The notes beneath the pieces are model-generated. The model was given only the letters and a program-made list of their open reading frames with translations. It was not told the DNA's origin and searched no databases. Positions 47,203 through 56,683 of a DNA stretch of 64,000 bases are shown here, one piece after another. The translations under genes and the position numbers were made by a program. This DNA comes from Syntrophomonadaceae bacterium (GTDB lineage: Bacteria; Bacillota; Dethiobacteria; DTU022), in assembly GCA_007119965.1 (NCBI GenBank), contig SKOR01000075.1, forward strand, positions 9,471 through 73,470. The letters run 5' to 3'. Numbering within the stretch: the stretch's first letter is position 1; each line of letters begins with the position of its first letter.

Positions 47203-49520
47203 ACCTGAAAGAATTTATGATCAGGCGCTACGGACCCCTGCCTGACAGCGGTCTTAAACAAACCGGGCCTTTTAACCTCTTTTTCGGGCCCAATGAAGAG
47301 GGTAAAACGCTTACTATCGACGCCCTGCTCAGGATGCTGATGGGAAAAGGGGTTAACCATTTTAAAGGGATCGGAAGAGTTGATGAGAACCCTGAAGGCT
47401 TTCTGATTATCGAGGAACAGGCCGGCGAAGAAATAAAACTTCCTGAAGCTGGTACGGTTGAGGATTTATTCGGGATCAGCCCGGCCGAGTTTTCCAACAT
47501 CTTCGTGATCCGGGACAGCGATTTATCGATTAACGAAGAAAATACATTTTACCGCAATATTACCAACCGCCTGACCGGGCTGCGGACAGGTGAAATTGAG
47601 AAGCTCAAAAGAAAGGTTTGCGAACTGGGTGGAATCACTGCAGGCGGCGAATACCTGAATACCGCCCCTCTGAAACTTAAAGATAAAATTATAAAAGGTC
47701 GCAGCTTGCTTGAAAGAGCAGCTGCGCTGCTCGCGCAGCTGCAGGAAGAAGGTTTCAGCCGTTTCGAAGAAGAGCTCTCCGGGCTGGATGCCCGCAGGCG
47801 CGCTGCAGCTGAAAAAATAAACCTCTACCGGGCGGCTGAAAACAGGGAACTTTATGAAAAAGGGTCCGAAGCTTTAAAGCGGCTGGAGATTGCCCTGGCC
47901 GAAACTGAAACCCTTCTAAATTACAATCAAGAAGATTATGAAGACTGGCAGCGGGCTGAATCAAGCCTGGATCACTACCGCCGGGACCTGGAACATCTCG
48001 AAAGCGAAATCGCGGAACACGGGGAAACCCTGGAGTCTGCACGCAGCGAACTTAACGAAATAAAAAGAACTTATAAAAAAGCCGAACAGGAAGCAGTTGC
48101 GGCGGCAGAAAAAATTGAGCCAAAGCTGGCCGAATATGAACAGGTTGAACTTGACCTGCACAGGCAGGGAGAGCTGGTCAACTCCCCATTCTACAACCGG
48201 ACAGCTACAGTTACCGCCCTGATCCTGGTGCTGAGCCTGGCCGGGTTAAGCGCCCAGCCGCACTGGTGGCTGCTTCCCGTCTTTATTGTTTCGGCAGCCC
48301 TGACCATCCTGCTGGCCGCTAATAAGTACAGTTATCTTCATAAAAAAGGCCGGATGGCGTCGATTGAAGCCGGGATATGCAGTGAAGCCGGAAAAGCCGG
48401 TCTGCCGGCAGATCATATCCGGGCTGTCCGCTCAGCCCTGGGTGCCCTGAAAACGGAGCTTTCCGCTAAATCGGCCCGGCTGGGCGAAGCGGAAAACTGG
48501 CTTGAATGGCAGCAAAAAGAAGAACGCCGCCTGCGGGCGGATCGCGAAGAAAAACTACGCAGGATCGGGGAAGCGGAAGGCCGGGCCGCATTAATCAGGC
48601 GCAAAGCCGGCCTGGAGTCTCTGGAAGAATACAGCGCAACCCTGGGCCGCAGGGATCAGCTTAAGGGTGAAATAGAAAAACAGGAAAGCATTCTCGCCAG
48701 CCATTTCAAAAGGGCGGGAGAGCTCCCATCCACTGATGCGCGCATCGCATTCTGGCATGAGCAGGTAGCGAAACTGCAGGGTTACTCGGGCGCAGCGAAG
48801 GGCCTCAGCTTTGATCAGGCTGCGTACGCCGGACTCATTGAACAAAAAGAAAAATTAGAACATGAATCCCGGGACCTGTCTGAAAAAATGCAGGAGCGCA
48901 CAAATCAACTGCGCGACATTGAAAAGGAAGCAGGTGAACTGCTTCACGCCGATCGGGAAGGCGCTCTCGTCTGTCAGACCACCGTGGACCTTGAAGCAGT
49001 GCAGCTGAAAGTGGAAAAATGGCTTCAGACCCGGGAAGAGGACAGCGCAAACGCCAAGATTACCCGCGATATCCTAAGTGCTATCGAACAGGAAGAAGAA
49101 GAAAAAGTAACCGCCCTCTTCGGCCCGGCCAACCCGGTCAGCGGCTACTTCAACATGATCACCGGCGGGCTCTACAGGGAAGTATTTTTCGAGAGCAGGG
49201 AAAATAAGATCAAGACTGTCCGCGCCGACGGTACGGTACTTGAAGCCGCTCAGCTATCGGGCGGGGCTTATGATCAACTATACTTTGTGATCAGGCTCGC
49301 CCTGGGCGAAAAAATGCTCGCAGGCAGCAAAGGCTTCTTTATCCTTGACGACCCCTTCATCAAGGCCGACTCCGTAAGGTTAGAACTGCTCCTCGACATG
49401 CTCTCCACCATCACCGAACAGGGCTGGCAGATCCTGTACTTTAGCTCCAAAAAGGAAGTAAAAGAAGCCCTGCAGGAAAAAATCAACACAGGGGCAGTCA
49501 AAGTGATAAAAATTACCTGA
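47199..49520 (+). CDS. Rad50/SbcC-like AAA ATPase with long coiled coil (B. subtilis YhaN-like)
   Basis: N-terminal Walker A (FGPNEEGKT). About 500 aa of coiled coil rich in E, K, L, R. C-terminal signature (LSGGAYDQL) and Walker B (ILDDPF). ATG at 47199 overlaps the upstream stop by 4 nt. Confidence 0.75.
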   Translation: MNLKEFMIRRYGPLPDSGLKQTGPFNLFFGPNEEGKTLTIDALLRMLMGKGVNHFKGIGRVDENPEGFLIIEEQAGEEIKLPEAGTVEDLFGISPAEFSNIFVIRDSDLSINEENTFYRNITNRLTGLRTGEIEKLKRKVCELGGITAGGEYLNTAPLKLKDKIIKGRSLLERAAALLAQLQEEGFSRFEEELSGLDARRRAAAEKINLYRAAENRELYEKGSEALKRLEIALAETETLLNYNQEDYEDWQRAESSLDHYRRDLEHLESEIAEHGETLESARSELNEIKRTYKKAEQEAVAAAEKIEPKLAEYEQVELDLHRQGELVNSPFYNRTATVTALILVLSLAGLSAQPHWWLLPVFIVSAALTILLAANKYSYLHKKGRMASIEAGICSEAGKAGLPADHIRAVRSALGALKTELSAKSARLGEAENWLEWQQKEERRLRADREEKLRRIGEAEGRAALIRRKAGLESLEEYSATLGRRDQLKGEIEKQESILASHFKRAGELPSTDARIAFWHEQVAKLQGYSGAAKGLSFDQAAYAGLIEQKEKLEHESRDLSEKMQERTNQLRDIEKEAGELLHADREGALVCQTTVDLEAVQLKVEKWLQTREEDSANAKITRDILSAIEQEEEEKVTALFGPANPVSGYFNMITGGLYREVFFESRENKIKTVRADGTVLEAAQLSGGAYDQLYFVIRLALGEKMLAGSKGFFILDDPFIKADSVRLELLLDMLSTITEQGWQILYFSSKKEVKEALQEKINTGAVKVIKIT

Positions 49521-50054
49521 TTGGGGCAGGGGCACAGGTCAACTGTCCCACCAGGGAAACTTTAGGGCTTGTTTTTATGCCATCCATAAGTTGAATTCTT
49601 TGACGATCACTTAAAGCCGGCTGCTTTTTTTATCCATGCCGGCAAGCGAATCGACCGTTATTAAAGGAGAAATGACTGAAGCGGCGGGAGTCTTTGCGGT
49701 AGTTCCAGCTGCAGTGCTGCCCATCCTCATCTTTCTGCCCCGGAATTAATATTTTGCCCTGGATACCATGAACAGTTTTCCTGGTAAATAATATAATAAA
49801 TAAAGGGATCTGTTCAACCAACCTGCCGGAATATCCGGCTCCCTTTGGAGGCGTGAGCAGATATAAACATAGTTATCCGTTAATTTAAACAATAACTGAT
49901 TCTATGTTATACTCGAAATACCTTATCGTATGTAATTATGCAAGATTTTATCGCCTGTTTATCAAGTTTGCCGGGGACAACAGGCGCTTTGGTGGAAATG
50001 TTTTTTAAGGATCCGGGCGATCCGTTTTGTTTAAAGTTAAAGGAGGTTGGAGCA

Positions 50055-50798
50055 ATGCAGTTGACAGTATTGGGCTGTTACGGACCTTACCCGCCGCAGG
50101 GTGGATGCTGCTCCGGGTACCTGCTGCAGGAAGAAAACTTTAACCTGCTAATTGACTGCGGCAACGGTGTATTAAGCCGCCTGCAGGAGCATCTGGATTA
50201 CCGGAATTTAAATGCGGTTATTCTTTCCCACCTGCACGCCGACCACGTATCAGACATCATGATCATGCGCTATGGGCTTGAAATTGCTTATAAAAGCGGG
50301 CTGCGCAGCAAGCCGCTGCCGCTTTATGCTCCCGGAACCCCTGAAGCCGAATTTGAGCGCTTGCCTTATAAAAATGCTTACGCTGTCAACACCCAGGTTC
50401 CGGGAACAGATCTGCAAGCCGGGCCATTTACAATTCAAACCCGGACAGGCATTCATGCTGTTCCCTCCCTGGCCATGCGCATCGAATCGCCTTCTGGGAC
50501 CCTGGTCTACTCGAGCGATACAGAATATTACTGCGACCTTGAAGAATTTGCTTCGGGTGCGGATCTTTTTCTCTGCGAAGCCAACTTCCTGGAAGTCGAT
50601 ATTGAAAAAAGCCTGCCCAACCACTTAAGTTCGGCACAGGCCGCACAAATTGCCGCTGCTGCAGGAGTTAAAAGGCTGCTGTTGACCCATCACCATCCCG
50701 AAGGCGACTTAGAAGTTTCCCTGGCTGAGGCGCAGAAATATTTCACCGCGGCCGAACAAGCCCGGGAAGGTGAGAAATATATAATTTCAGCCAAATAA
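50055..50798 (+). CDS. MBL-fold metallo-hydrolase
   Basis: HxHxDH motif (LSHLHADHVSD). Strong RBS aaggagg lies 8 nt upstream of the ATG at 50055. The upstream extension to 49938 is rejected. Confidence 0.75.
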   Translation: MQLTVLGCYGPYPPQGGCCSGYLLQEENFNLLIDCGNGVLSRLQEHLDYRNLNAVILSHLHADHVSDIMIMRYGLEIAYKSGLRSKPLPLYAPGTPEAEFERLPYKNAYAVNTQVPGTDLQAGPFTIQTRTGIHAVPSLAMRIESPSGTLVYSSDTEYYCDLEEFASGADLFLCEANFLEVDIEKSLPNHLSSAQAAQIAAAAGVKRLLLTHHHPEGDLEVSLAEAQKYFTAAEQAREGEKYIISAK

Positions 50799-50888
50799 AA
50801 CAGTACACCGTTTTGGCTCTATTCCTGGAACCGGGTGCTCCCTTCAGTTTAACCCGGTGTATCGCAAGGAAAATTAAGGAGGATATTT

Positions 50889-51452
50889 ATGACCAAGCAA
50901 AAACAGCCAACCCAATTGTTACTTGGCCCGATCCCTCCGGCCCTGATCGGTTGCGGTAACGAAAAAGAAAGCAACATCATAACCCTGGCCTGGGTGGGAG
51001 TGGTAAATTCGTCTCCCCCCATGATATCCGCAGCGGTGCGCGCCAACCGCCACTCCCATGATTTGATCAGGGACACCGGGGAGTTTACTGTAAACCTTCC
51101 CAACAGGGCTCAGGTTGACCTGGCCGACGGATGCGGCAATCTGAGCGGTCGCGATCTCGACAAATTTGAGCATTTTAACCTCACTGCTGCGAAAGGCTCT
51201 CTCGAACGGGCCCCGATGATCGCTGAATGTCCGATCAGCATGGAGTGCAGGGTTGAACATGTCCTTGAGCTTGGAAGCCACACCTTATTTATCGGCAGGT
51301 TAGTCAGTTCTTACGTCGAGGAAGGAGTCCTTACCGAAAAAGGCAAAATTGACTTCGAACGATGCGATCTGCTCGGGTTTTGTGCGGGAAGCTATCTTGA
51401 AACAAAGCCGCTCGGCCTCTCGATCGGCTATACAGTCAAAGAAAGGGGCTAG
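50889..51452 (+). CDS. Flavin reductase-like (FMN-binding split barrel) family protein
   Basis: Flavin_Reduct domain pattern. RBS aaggagg upstream. Confidence 0.75.
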   Translation: MTKQKQPTQLLLGPIPPALIGCGNEKESNIITLAWVGVVNSSPPMISAAVRANRHSHDLIRDTGEFTVNLPNRAQVDLADGCGNLSGRDLDKFEHFNLTAAKGSLERAPMIAECPISMECRVEHVLELGSHTLFIGRLVSSYVEEGVLTEKGKIDFERCDLLGFCAGSYLETKPLGLSIGYTVKERG

Positions 51453-51549
51453 CTGTTTGTGCCGGCAAATTTTTCGCCCGGCCGGGCAGGATTTCCCCGT
51501 GCCCGGCAGCGGCCGCCGGGCAGAATGTGCTGTATTGCCTGCAGTTAAG

Positions 51550-51579
51550 TTGCCAAGCAGCTTTTTAAATTGTTATAAT
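51550..51579 (+). promoter_or_regulatory. Sigma-A type promoter candidate for the selA-selB-selD transcription unit (TTGCCA, 17-18 nt spacer, TATAAT)
   Basis: Hexamers at 51550-51555 and 51574-51579, about 100 nt upstream of selA. Confidence 0.35.
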
Positions 51580-51681
51580 ACTGGAAAGCTCAAATGGTTG
51601 ACAGGATAGGGTTTTTTGCTACAACCAGGATGAAGTCAGCAAAAATTTTGATTGTAATTATTCTTGAAAAGAGGTTGTAAA

Positions 51682-53103
51682 ATGGATAGTTATCAATCAC
51701 TGCTCAGGGAACTGCCCGCAGTCGACCGGCTCCTGCGTGAGCCGTTGCTGGAAGATCTGGTCAAGCGCCTGCCCCGCCGCGTCATTCTGCAGGCAGCCCA
51801 GGAAACAATTGACTCTTATCGCCGGACAATAACAAGCTATACTGATCCTGATAAAATCCCGGAGAATATTGACCTGTCCCCGGCCACCCTGGCCATGGAA
51901 GCGGCCGCACTGGCCGAAAAGAATGCGGGTTCGAACCTGAAAGCGCTAATTAATGCTACAGGTATTATTATCCATACCAATCTGGGCCGTGCACCCCTGG
52001 CCGGCGCTGCAGTGAAGGCCTTAAACAGCATTTCTGCAAACTACAATAATTTAGAATTCTCCCTGCACAGCGGTACACGCGGTTCACGCCACGACCACCT
52101 GGAAGAGCTGCTATGTGAACTGTGCGGAGCCGAAGCGGCTGTCGTCCTGAATAACAATGCTGCAGCCGTTTTTCTTGCTTTAAACACGGTCGCCTCCGAC
52201 AGGGAGGTGGTCGTTTCCCGCGGCCAACTGGTAGAAATAGGCGGTTCATTTCGCATCCCCGATATCATGAGCGCCAGCGGTGCCGGCCTGATTGAAGTCG
52301 GCACGACCAATAAAACCTACCTGCGCGATTACGAGGCTGCGGTTGCTGATAATACGGCCGCTTTTCTCAAGGTCCATGCCAGCAACTATTACATGGTCGG
52401 TTTTACTGCAGAAGTAAATGCCGCCGAACTTGCCGAGTTGGCCCACAGGCACGAACTGCTTCTAATTGAAGATCTCGGAAGCGGTGTTCTGCTCGATCTG
52501 GAAAAATACGGCCTGCCCTTCGAACCGCGCGTTCAGGACAGCATTGCCGCAGGCGTCGATCTGGTTACTTTCAGCGGCGATAAAATGCTGGGCGGCCCCC
52601 AGGCAGGCATAATAGTCGGGCGTAAAGATTTAATTGAAAACATACGATCTAACCAGCTGGCGAGAACCCTGCGGGTCGATAAATTTACCATAGCCGCCCT
52701 CGAGGCTACTCTCCGCCTCTACCTTGACGAAGAAAAAGCCCTCCTGGAAATACCGGTCTGGCGCATGCTCACTGCTGAAACCGATAACCTGAAACGGCGC
52801 GCTAACAAGTTGGCCGAAGCTTTAAGCGGTATTTTCGGCGCTGCCCCTGTCAGCGTTGTTAAAAGTGTTTCAAAGGTAGGCGGCGGGGCTTTGCCGACAG
52901 CAGAACTGCCCACCTACCTGGCAGCAGTAAAGCTGCCTGAAGATGATATGCCCCCGGGTGAATTGGCCGAAAAGCTGAGGCATACCAATCCACCGGTAAT
53001 TTTGCGCCTCCAGCACGACACCCTGCTCTTCGACCCCCGGACTATCTTCGAAGATCAGGAAGCAATCCTTGTTGAGGCGGTTCGAAGAGCTTACAAGGGG
53101 TAA
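51682..53103 (+). CDS. selA: L-seryl-tRNA(Sec) selenium transferase
   Basis: SelA family sequence throughout, including the PLP-lysine region (TFSGDKMLGGPQAG). Start MDSYQSLLRELP at 51682. Confidence 0.9.
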   Translation: MDSYQSLLRELPAVDRLLREPLLEDLVKRLPRRVILQAAQETIDSYRRTITSYTDPDKIPENIDLSPATLAMEAAALAEKNAGSNLKALINATGIIIHTNLGRAPLAGAAVKALNSISANYNNLEFSLHSGTRGSRHDHLEELLCELCGAEAAVVLNNNAAAVFLALNTVASDREVVVSRGQLVEIGGSFRIPDIMSASGAGLIEVGTTNKTYLRDYEAAVADNTAAFLKVHASNYYMVGFTAEVNAAELAELAHRHELLLIEDLGSGVLLDLEKYGLPFEPRVQDSIAAGVDLVTFSGDKMLGGPQAGIIVGRKDLIENIRSNQLARTLRVDKFTIAALEATLRLYLDEEKALLEIPVWRMLTAETDNLKRRANKLAEALSGIFGAAPVSVVKSVSKVGGGALPTAELPTYLAAVKLPEDDMPPGELAEKLRHTNPPVILRLQHDTLLFDPRTIFEDQEAILVEAVRRAYKG

Positions 53104-53287
53104 ACGAAAAAAACCGGCTTTTATCTGGAACGATAACCTGCAGTTCAACCGAACAGGAGAGGTTCCGTCACGGTGTGCCGGGTCCCGCCTCCTGCAGTTT
53201 CACTATGGCAATGCGGTAAGGCGTCGCGGCCGATCCCGGATTAATCATTTAGAATCCCAGCAGCGCTAAATAAGGAGTGTTGGTAGC

Positions 53288-55195
53288 TTGGAGCAGCTAA
53301 TTATTGGAACGGCGGGCCATGTTGATCACGGCAAAACAGTTCTGATTAAAGCGTTGACCGGAATCGATACCGATCGTTTCCAGGAAGAAAAAGAACGCGG
53401 AATCTCTATCGACCTGGGCTTTGCCCCCTTCAGGCTGCCCGGCGGCAGGTTGGCCGGGGTAGTCGATGTGCCTGGGCACGAGCGGTTTATCCACAATATG
53501 CTGGCCGGCGCAGCAGGAATGGACCTGGTCATGCTCGTTGTTGATGCCACCGAGGGGGTTATGCCCCAGACCAGCGAACATCTCGACATCTTAGAACTGC
53601 TCGGCACAAGAACCGGGATTGTCGTCATTACCAAAATTGATCTGGTCGAAGAAGAATGGCGCGAACTGGTCAGGGATGAAATCAGGGAAGCGCTGGAAGG
53701 CACATTTCTGGAACAGGCCCCAATCCACGCCGTTTCCGCTATCAGGGGCGAAGGTATAGAAGAATTAAAAAGCATGATCGACAGTCTTACCGCTGACCTT
53801 GAACCGCGTGATTCTTCCGGTCCGCTGCGTTTACCGGTAGACAGGTCCTTTGTGATCTCCGGTTTCGGAACCGTTGTCACGGGGACCCTTGTCCAGGGAT
53901 CGGTCAGGGTTGGCGACACCGTCTCTATTATCCCTCCCGGTCTCGATGTAAGAGTGCGTAATATTCAGGTTCATGATGACGATGTACAGGAAGCAGTTGC
54001 GGGCACCAGGGTTGCCCTGAACCTTTCAGGCCTGGAAAAGGGCCAGGTTATAAGGGGCAGTGTGATCAGCAATCCCGGTTACTACAGCCAGACCGGGCTA
54101 ATCGATGTGTCGATCGACCTCTTAGAGCGGGCGCCGCGGCAGATAAAAAACCTGGATCCGGTTCACTTTTTCCTCGGTACGGCCCGCACTGTCGCACGGC
54201 TTCACCTGCTTGATACAAAAGAGCTGCGCCCGGGGCAAAGCGCTCTCGTTCAGTGCCGTCTCGATCGCCCCCTGGTCGCAGAGCGCGGGGATCCGTTCGT
54301 GATTCGTTCCTACTCCCCGATGACCACGATCGGTGGCGGAAAAGTGCTCGATCCTTACCCCGTAAAACACCGCCGTTTTCGCCCCGACGTAATCGAGCGG
54401 CTGCAGGAACTTAAACAGGCCCCTTCGGCGGGGGGCGATTCCGCCTTCGTGCGCCGCAAACTTGAAGAACTTAAAGCTGCCGATATCAGCCGCCTGGCTA
54501 AAGAAACCCGGCTCGGGCAGGATAAAGTTGCCGCTATTCTCGATGAGCTTATCACCAGGGGGCTGGTGCAAAAATTGGGCAGCGCCTGCATCGTTACTGC
54601 AGTATTAAAAGAATATGAAGAAAAACTGCTCGCTGAGCTGGGAAAATTCCACCGTGAACAACCTCTGGCCCCCGGCATGTCAAGGGCCCGTCTTAAAGGA
54701 CTGCTGCCGTCTGCCTTTACCCAGCGCGACTATGATGCCCTGCTCAAGAGCCTGCGGGACAGGGAACTGGTTTCAGCTAAAAGTGATCTGGTCTCGCTGT
54801 ATGATTTCAAAGCAGATCCTTCGGCACAGGATAAAAGTAAGCTCGACAGCCTCACCGGTCTTTACCGCACGAGCTGGCTCCAGCCTCCGTCTGTAAAAGA
54901 TGCCCTGGAGAAGATCGGGGAAGGCCAGGGCCGCAAAGAAGAACTCTATAATTATCTTGTCAGCAGCGGAATTTTGGTTAAAATAAGCGAAGAGCTCTAC
55001 TTTCACCGCGACGCCTACGATGAAGCATTAAAACTGTTGCAGAAACATTTCGCCGAAAACGACAAGCTGACCCTCGGCGAATTCCGCGACTTAACCGGCA
55101 GCTCACGTAAGTACGCCCAGGCCCTGCTCGAACATTTCGACCAGGTCAGGGTTACCAGGCGGGTCGAAGACCACCGTATTGCCCTCAAACGTTAG
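53288..55195 (+). CDS. selB: Selenocysteine-specific translation elongation factor
   Basis: GTPase G1 (GHVDHGKT), G3 (DVPGHE), G4 (TKID) and C-terminal winged-helix SECIS-binding domains. TTG start with RBS aaggag. Confidence 0.9.
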   Translation: MEQLIIGTAGHVDHGKTVLIKALTGIDTDRFQEEKERGISIDLGFAPFRLPGGRLAGVVDVPGHERFIHNMLAGAAGMDLVMLVVDATEGVMPQTSEHLDILELLGTRTGIVVITKIDLVEEEWRELVRDEIREALEGTFLEQAPIHAVSAIRGEGIEELKSMIDSLTADLEPRDSSGPLRLPVDRSFVISGFGTVVTGTLVQGSVRVGDTVSIIPPGLDVRVRNIQVHDDDVQEAVAGTRVALNLSGLEKGQVIRGSVISNPGYYSQTGLIDVSIDLLERAPRQIKNLDPVHFFLGTARTVARLHLLDTKELRPGQSALVQCRLDRPLVAERGDPFVIRSYSPMTTIGGGKVLDPYPVKHRRFRPDVIERLQELKQAPSAGGDSAFVRRKLEELKAADISRLAKETRLGQDKVAAILDELITRGLVQKLGSACIVTAVLKEYEEKLLAELGKFHREQPLAPGMSRARLKGLLPSAFTQRDYDALLKSLRDRELVSAKSDLVSLYDFKADPSAQDKSKLDSLTGLYRTSWLQPPSVKDALEKIGEGQGRKEELYNYLVSSGILVKISEELYFHRDAYDEALKLLQKHFAENDKLTLGEFRDLTGSSRKYAQALLEHFDQVRVTRRVEDHRIALKR

Positions 55196-55231
55196 TACAG
55201 GACCCGTTCTGGCAACAAGGAGGTTTATTAG

Positions 55232-56281
55232 ATGAGCCGTGAAGAAATTCGCCTGACCAATATGACTACCAGCGCAGGCTGAGCAGCAAAAATTGGGCCT
55301 GAGGCCCTGGCGCAGGTTCTGCGTCGTTTACCGGCTATAGATGATCCGAATTACCTGAACCGCGAGCAGCATTTTTCTGATGCGGGTATCTATCGTATTT
55401 CCGAAACACAGGCCCTGGTCCAGACGGTCGACTTTTTCACCCCGATTGTCGATGACCCCTACAGTTTCGGCCAGATAGCTGCCGCCAATGCCCTTAGCGA
55501 TGTTTACGCCATGGGCGGTAAGCCGCTGACCGCATTGAATATTATCTGTTTCCCAGCCTCCTGCCAGCCTCTCGGGATCATGGAGGCAATCCTGCGCGGC
55601 GGTTACGACAAAATAATTGAAGCAAAGGCTGTCCTGGTCGGCGGACACAGCATCGAAGATCCCGAACCGAAATACGGGCTAGCTGTAACCGGCCTGGTCG
55701 AGATCGATCAAATGGTTACCGGCAGCGGGGCGGTAACCGGAGACTGCCTTGTCCTGACCAAGCCTCTTGGCACGGGTATCATTGCTACTGCCATCAAGGG
55801 GGATATGGTTTCAAAGGAAGAAGCTGCAGTTGTCGAAAAGAGCATGGCTGCCCTGAGCGCGCCTGCATCTGAAGCGATGGTTAAAATCGGGGTGTCGGCC
55901 TGTACTGATATTACAGGTTTCAGCCTGCTCGGCCATCTCCATGAGCTGCTCATTTCCAGCAGCTGTGCCGCGGAGCTTTACCATAAACTGGTCCCCTTTT
56001 ACCCCCTGGTCCGGGAAATGGCCGCCATGGGCATGATTCCCGGCGGCGCTTACCGCAACCTTGAATATATGCGGCCCTACCTGGACTGGCAGGGTCCGTC
56101 CGAAGAAAAAGAAGATACCCTGATTACCCTGGCCGATCCCCAGACCTCTGGCGGGCTCCTCGTTGCCCTTTCCGAGGCAAAACTTGAAACGTATCTTGCC
56201 GCTTTAAAAGAATGCGGTGTCGAGGGCCACCTGGTCGGTCGCATTACCGCCGGTTCTCCGGGCAGGATAGCTGTTTCCTGA
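55232..56281 (+). CDS. selD: Selenide, water dikinase (selenophosphate synthetase), selenocysteine-containing form; in-frame TGA at 55280-55282 decoded as Sec
   Basis: ATG at 55232 with RBS aaggagg. The N-terminus MSREEIRLTNMTTSAG-U-AAKIGPEALAQVL aligns with E. coli [25 protein letters not shown], placing the U at catalytic Cys17. The reading frame continues uninterrupted into the 256-aa ORF of the six-frame track (55511..56281). Confidence 0.85.
55295..55307 (+). promoter_or_regulatory. Candidate SECIS hairpin 12 nt downstream of the selD UGA
   Basis: gggcc-uga-ggccc GC hairpin. Its position matches the bacterial SECIS spacing of about 11 nt after UGA. The functional SECIS is probably larger than this 13-nt hairpin. 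Confidence 0.35.
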
Positions 56282-56683
56282 TCGACTGAAAAACTGAAAG
56301 CGTAAAAAACGGATCCTGCAGTTTTTTCCCGATCGGCAGCGCAGGCCGGGTCAATTACATTGTGTTCAAAACTGCCCGGGCAGGCTGACGGGCATCCCAG
56401 GGATCTAAGGGCTGGCAGTAACCGGGCGGGGAGCCTGACAGGGTGCAGCCGGCCTGAAAGTGAAGCTTCTGCGGATCGTTTCATGCATTAATAGTTGAAC
56501 ATGTTAAATATTTATGAATTTAAAAATATAGGCAGGAAAATTTTAAGGAAATGTCGAAATCCTTTAGAATAGAGCATAAATATCGCAATTGTCTATCTAT
56601 TATATTAAAAAAATGAGGAGGTGGAAGCTGCGGAAAGTGTATCTGATCATTAACCGGCTGAGGAACCAGCTTTACCGGGAGCA

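Noticed and set aside
49938-50054. N-terminal extension of the MBL hydrolase ORF (MQDFIACLSS...)
   Set aside because: A strong AAGGAGG RBS precedes the internal ATG at 50055, and the MBL fold begins there. The extension is AT-rich non-coding-like sequence.
51926-51936. gggttcgaacc, which resembles a tRNA T-arm and could be a tRNA-Sec (selC) fragment
   Set aside because: It lies inside the selA coding frame (KNAGSNLKAL). No acceptor or D-arm complements flank it, and no CCA end is present. I found no tRNA in the window.
53326-53919. Long antisense ORFs inside well-supported genes. Examples are 197 aa opposite selB, 115 aa at 2800-3147 opposite ahcY, 206 aa at 28769-29389 opposite trkA, 163 aa at 7495-7986 opposite the UPF0182 gene, 150 aa at 58614-59066 and 142 aa at 58018-58446 opposite etfAB.
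   Set aside because: These are shadow ORFs typical of GC-rich coding DNA. They have low-complexity, Ser/Pro/Arg-rich translations, no RBS, and the opposite strand carries strong homology.
55511-56281. Stand-alone 256-aa ORF in the six-frame track (MGGKPLTALNI...)
   Set aside because: It is the C-terminal two thirds of selD. The same frame is open back to the TGA (Sec) at 55280 and to the ATG at 55232, with a good RBS and SelD N-terminal homology.
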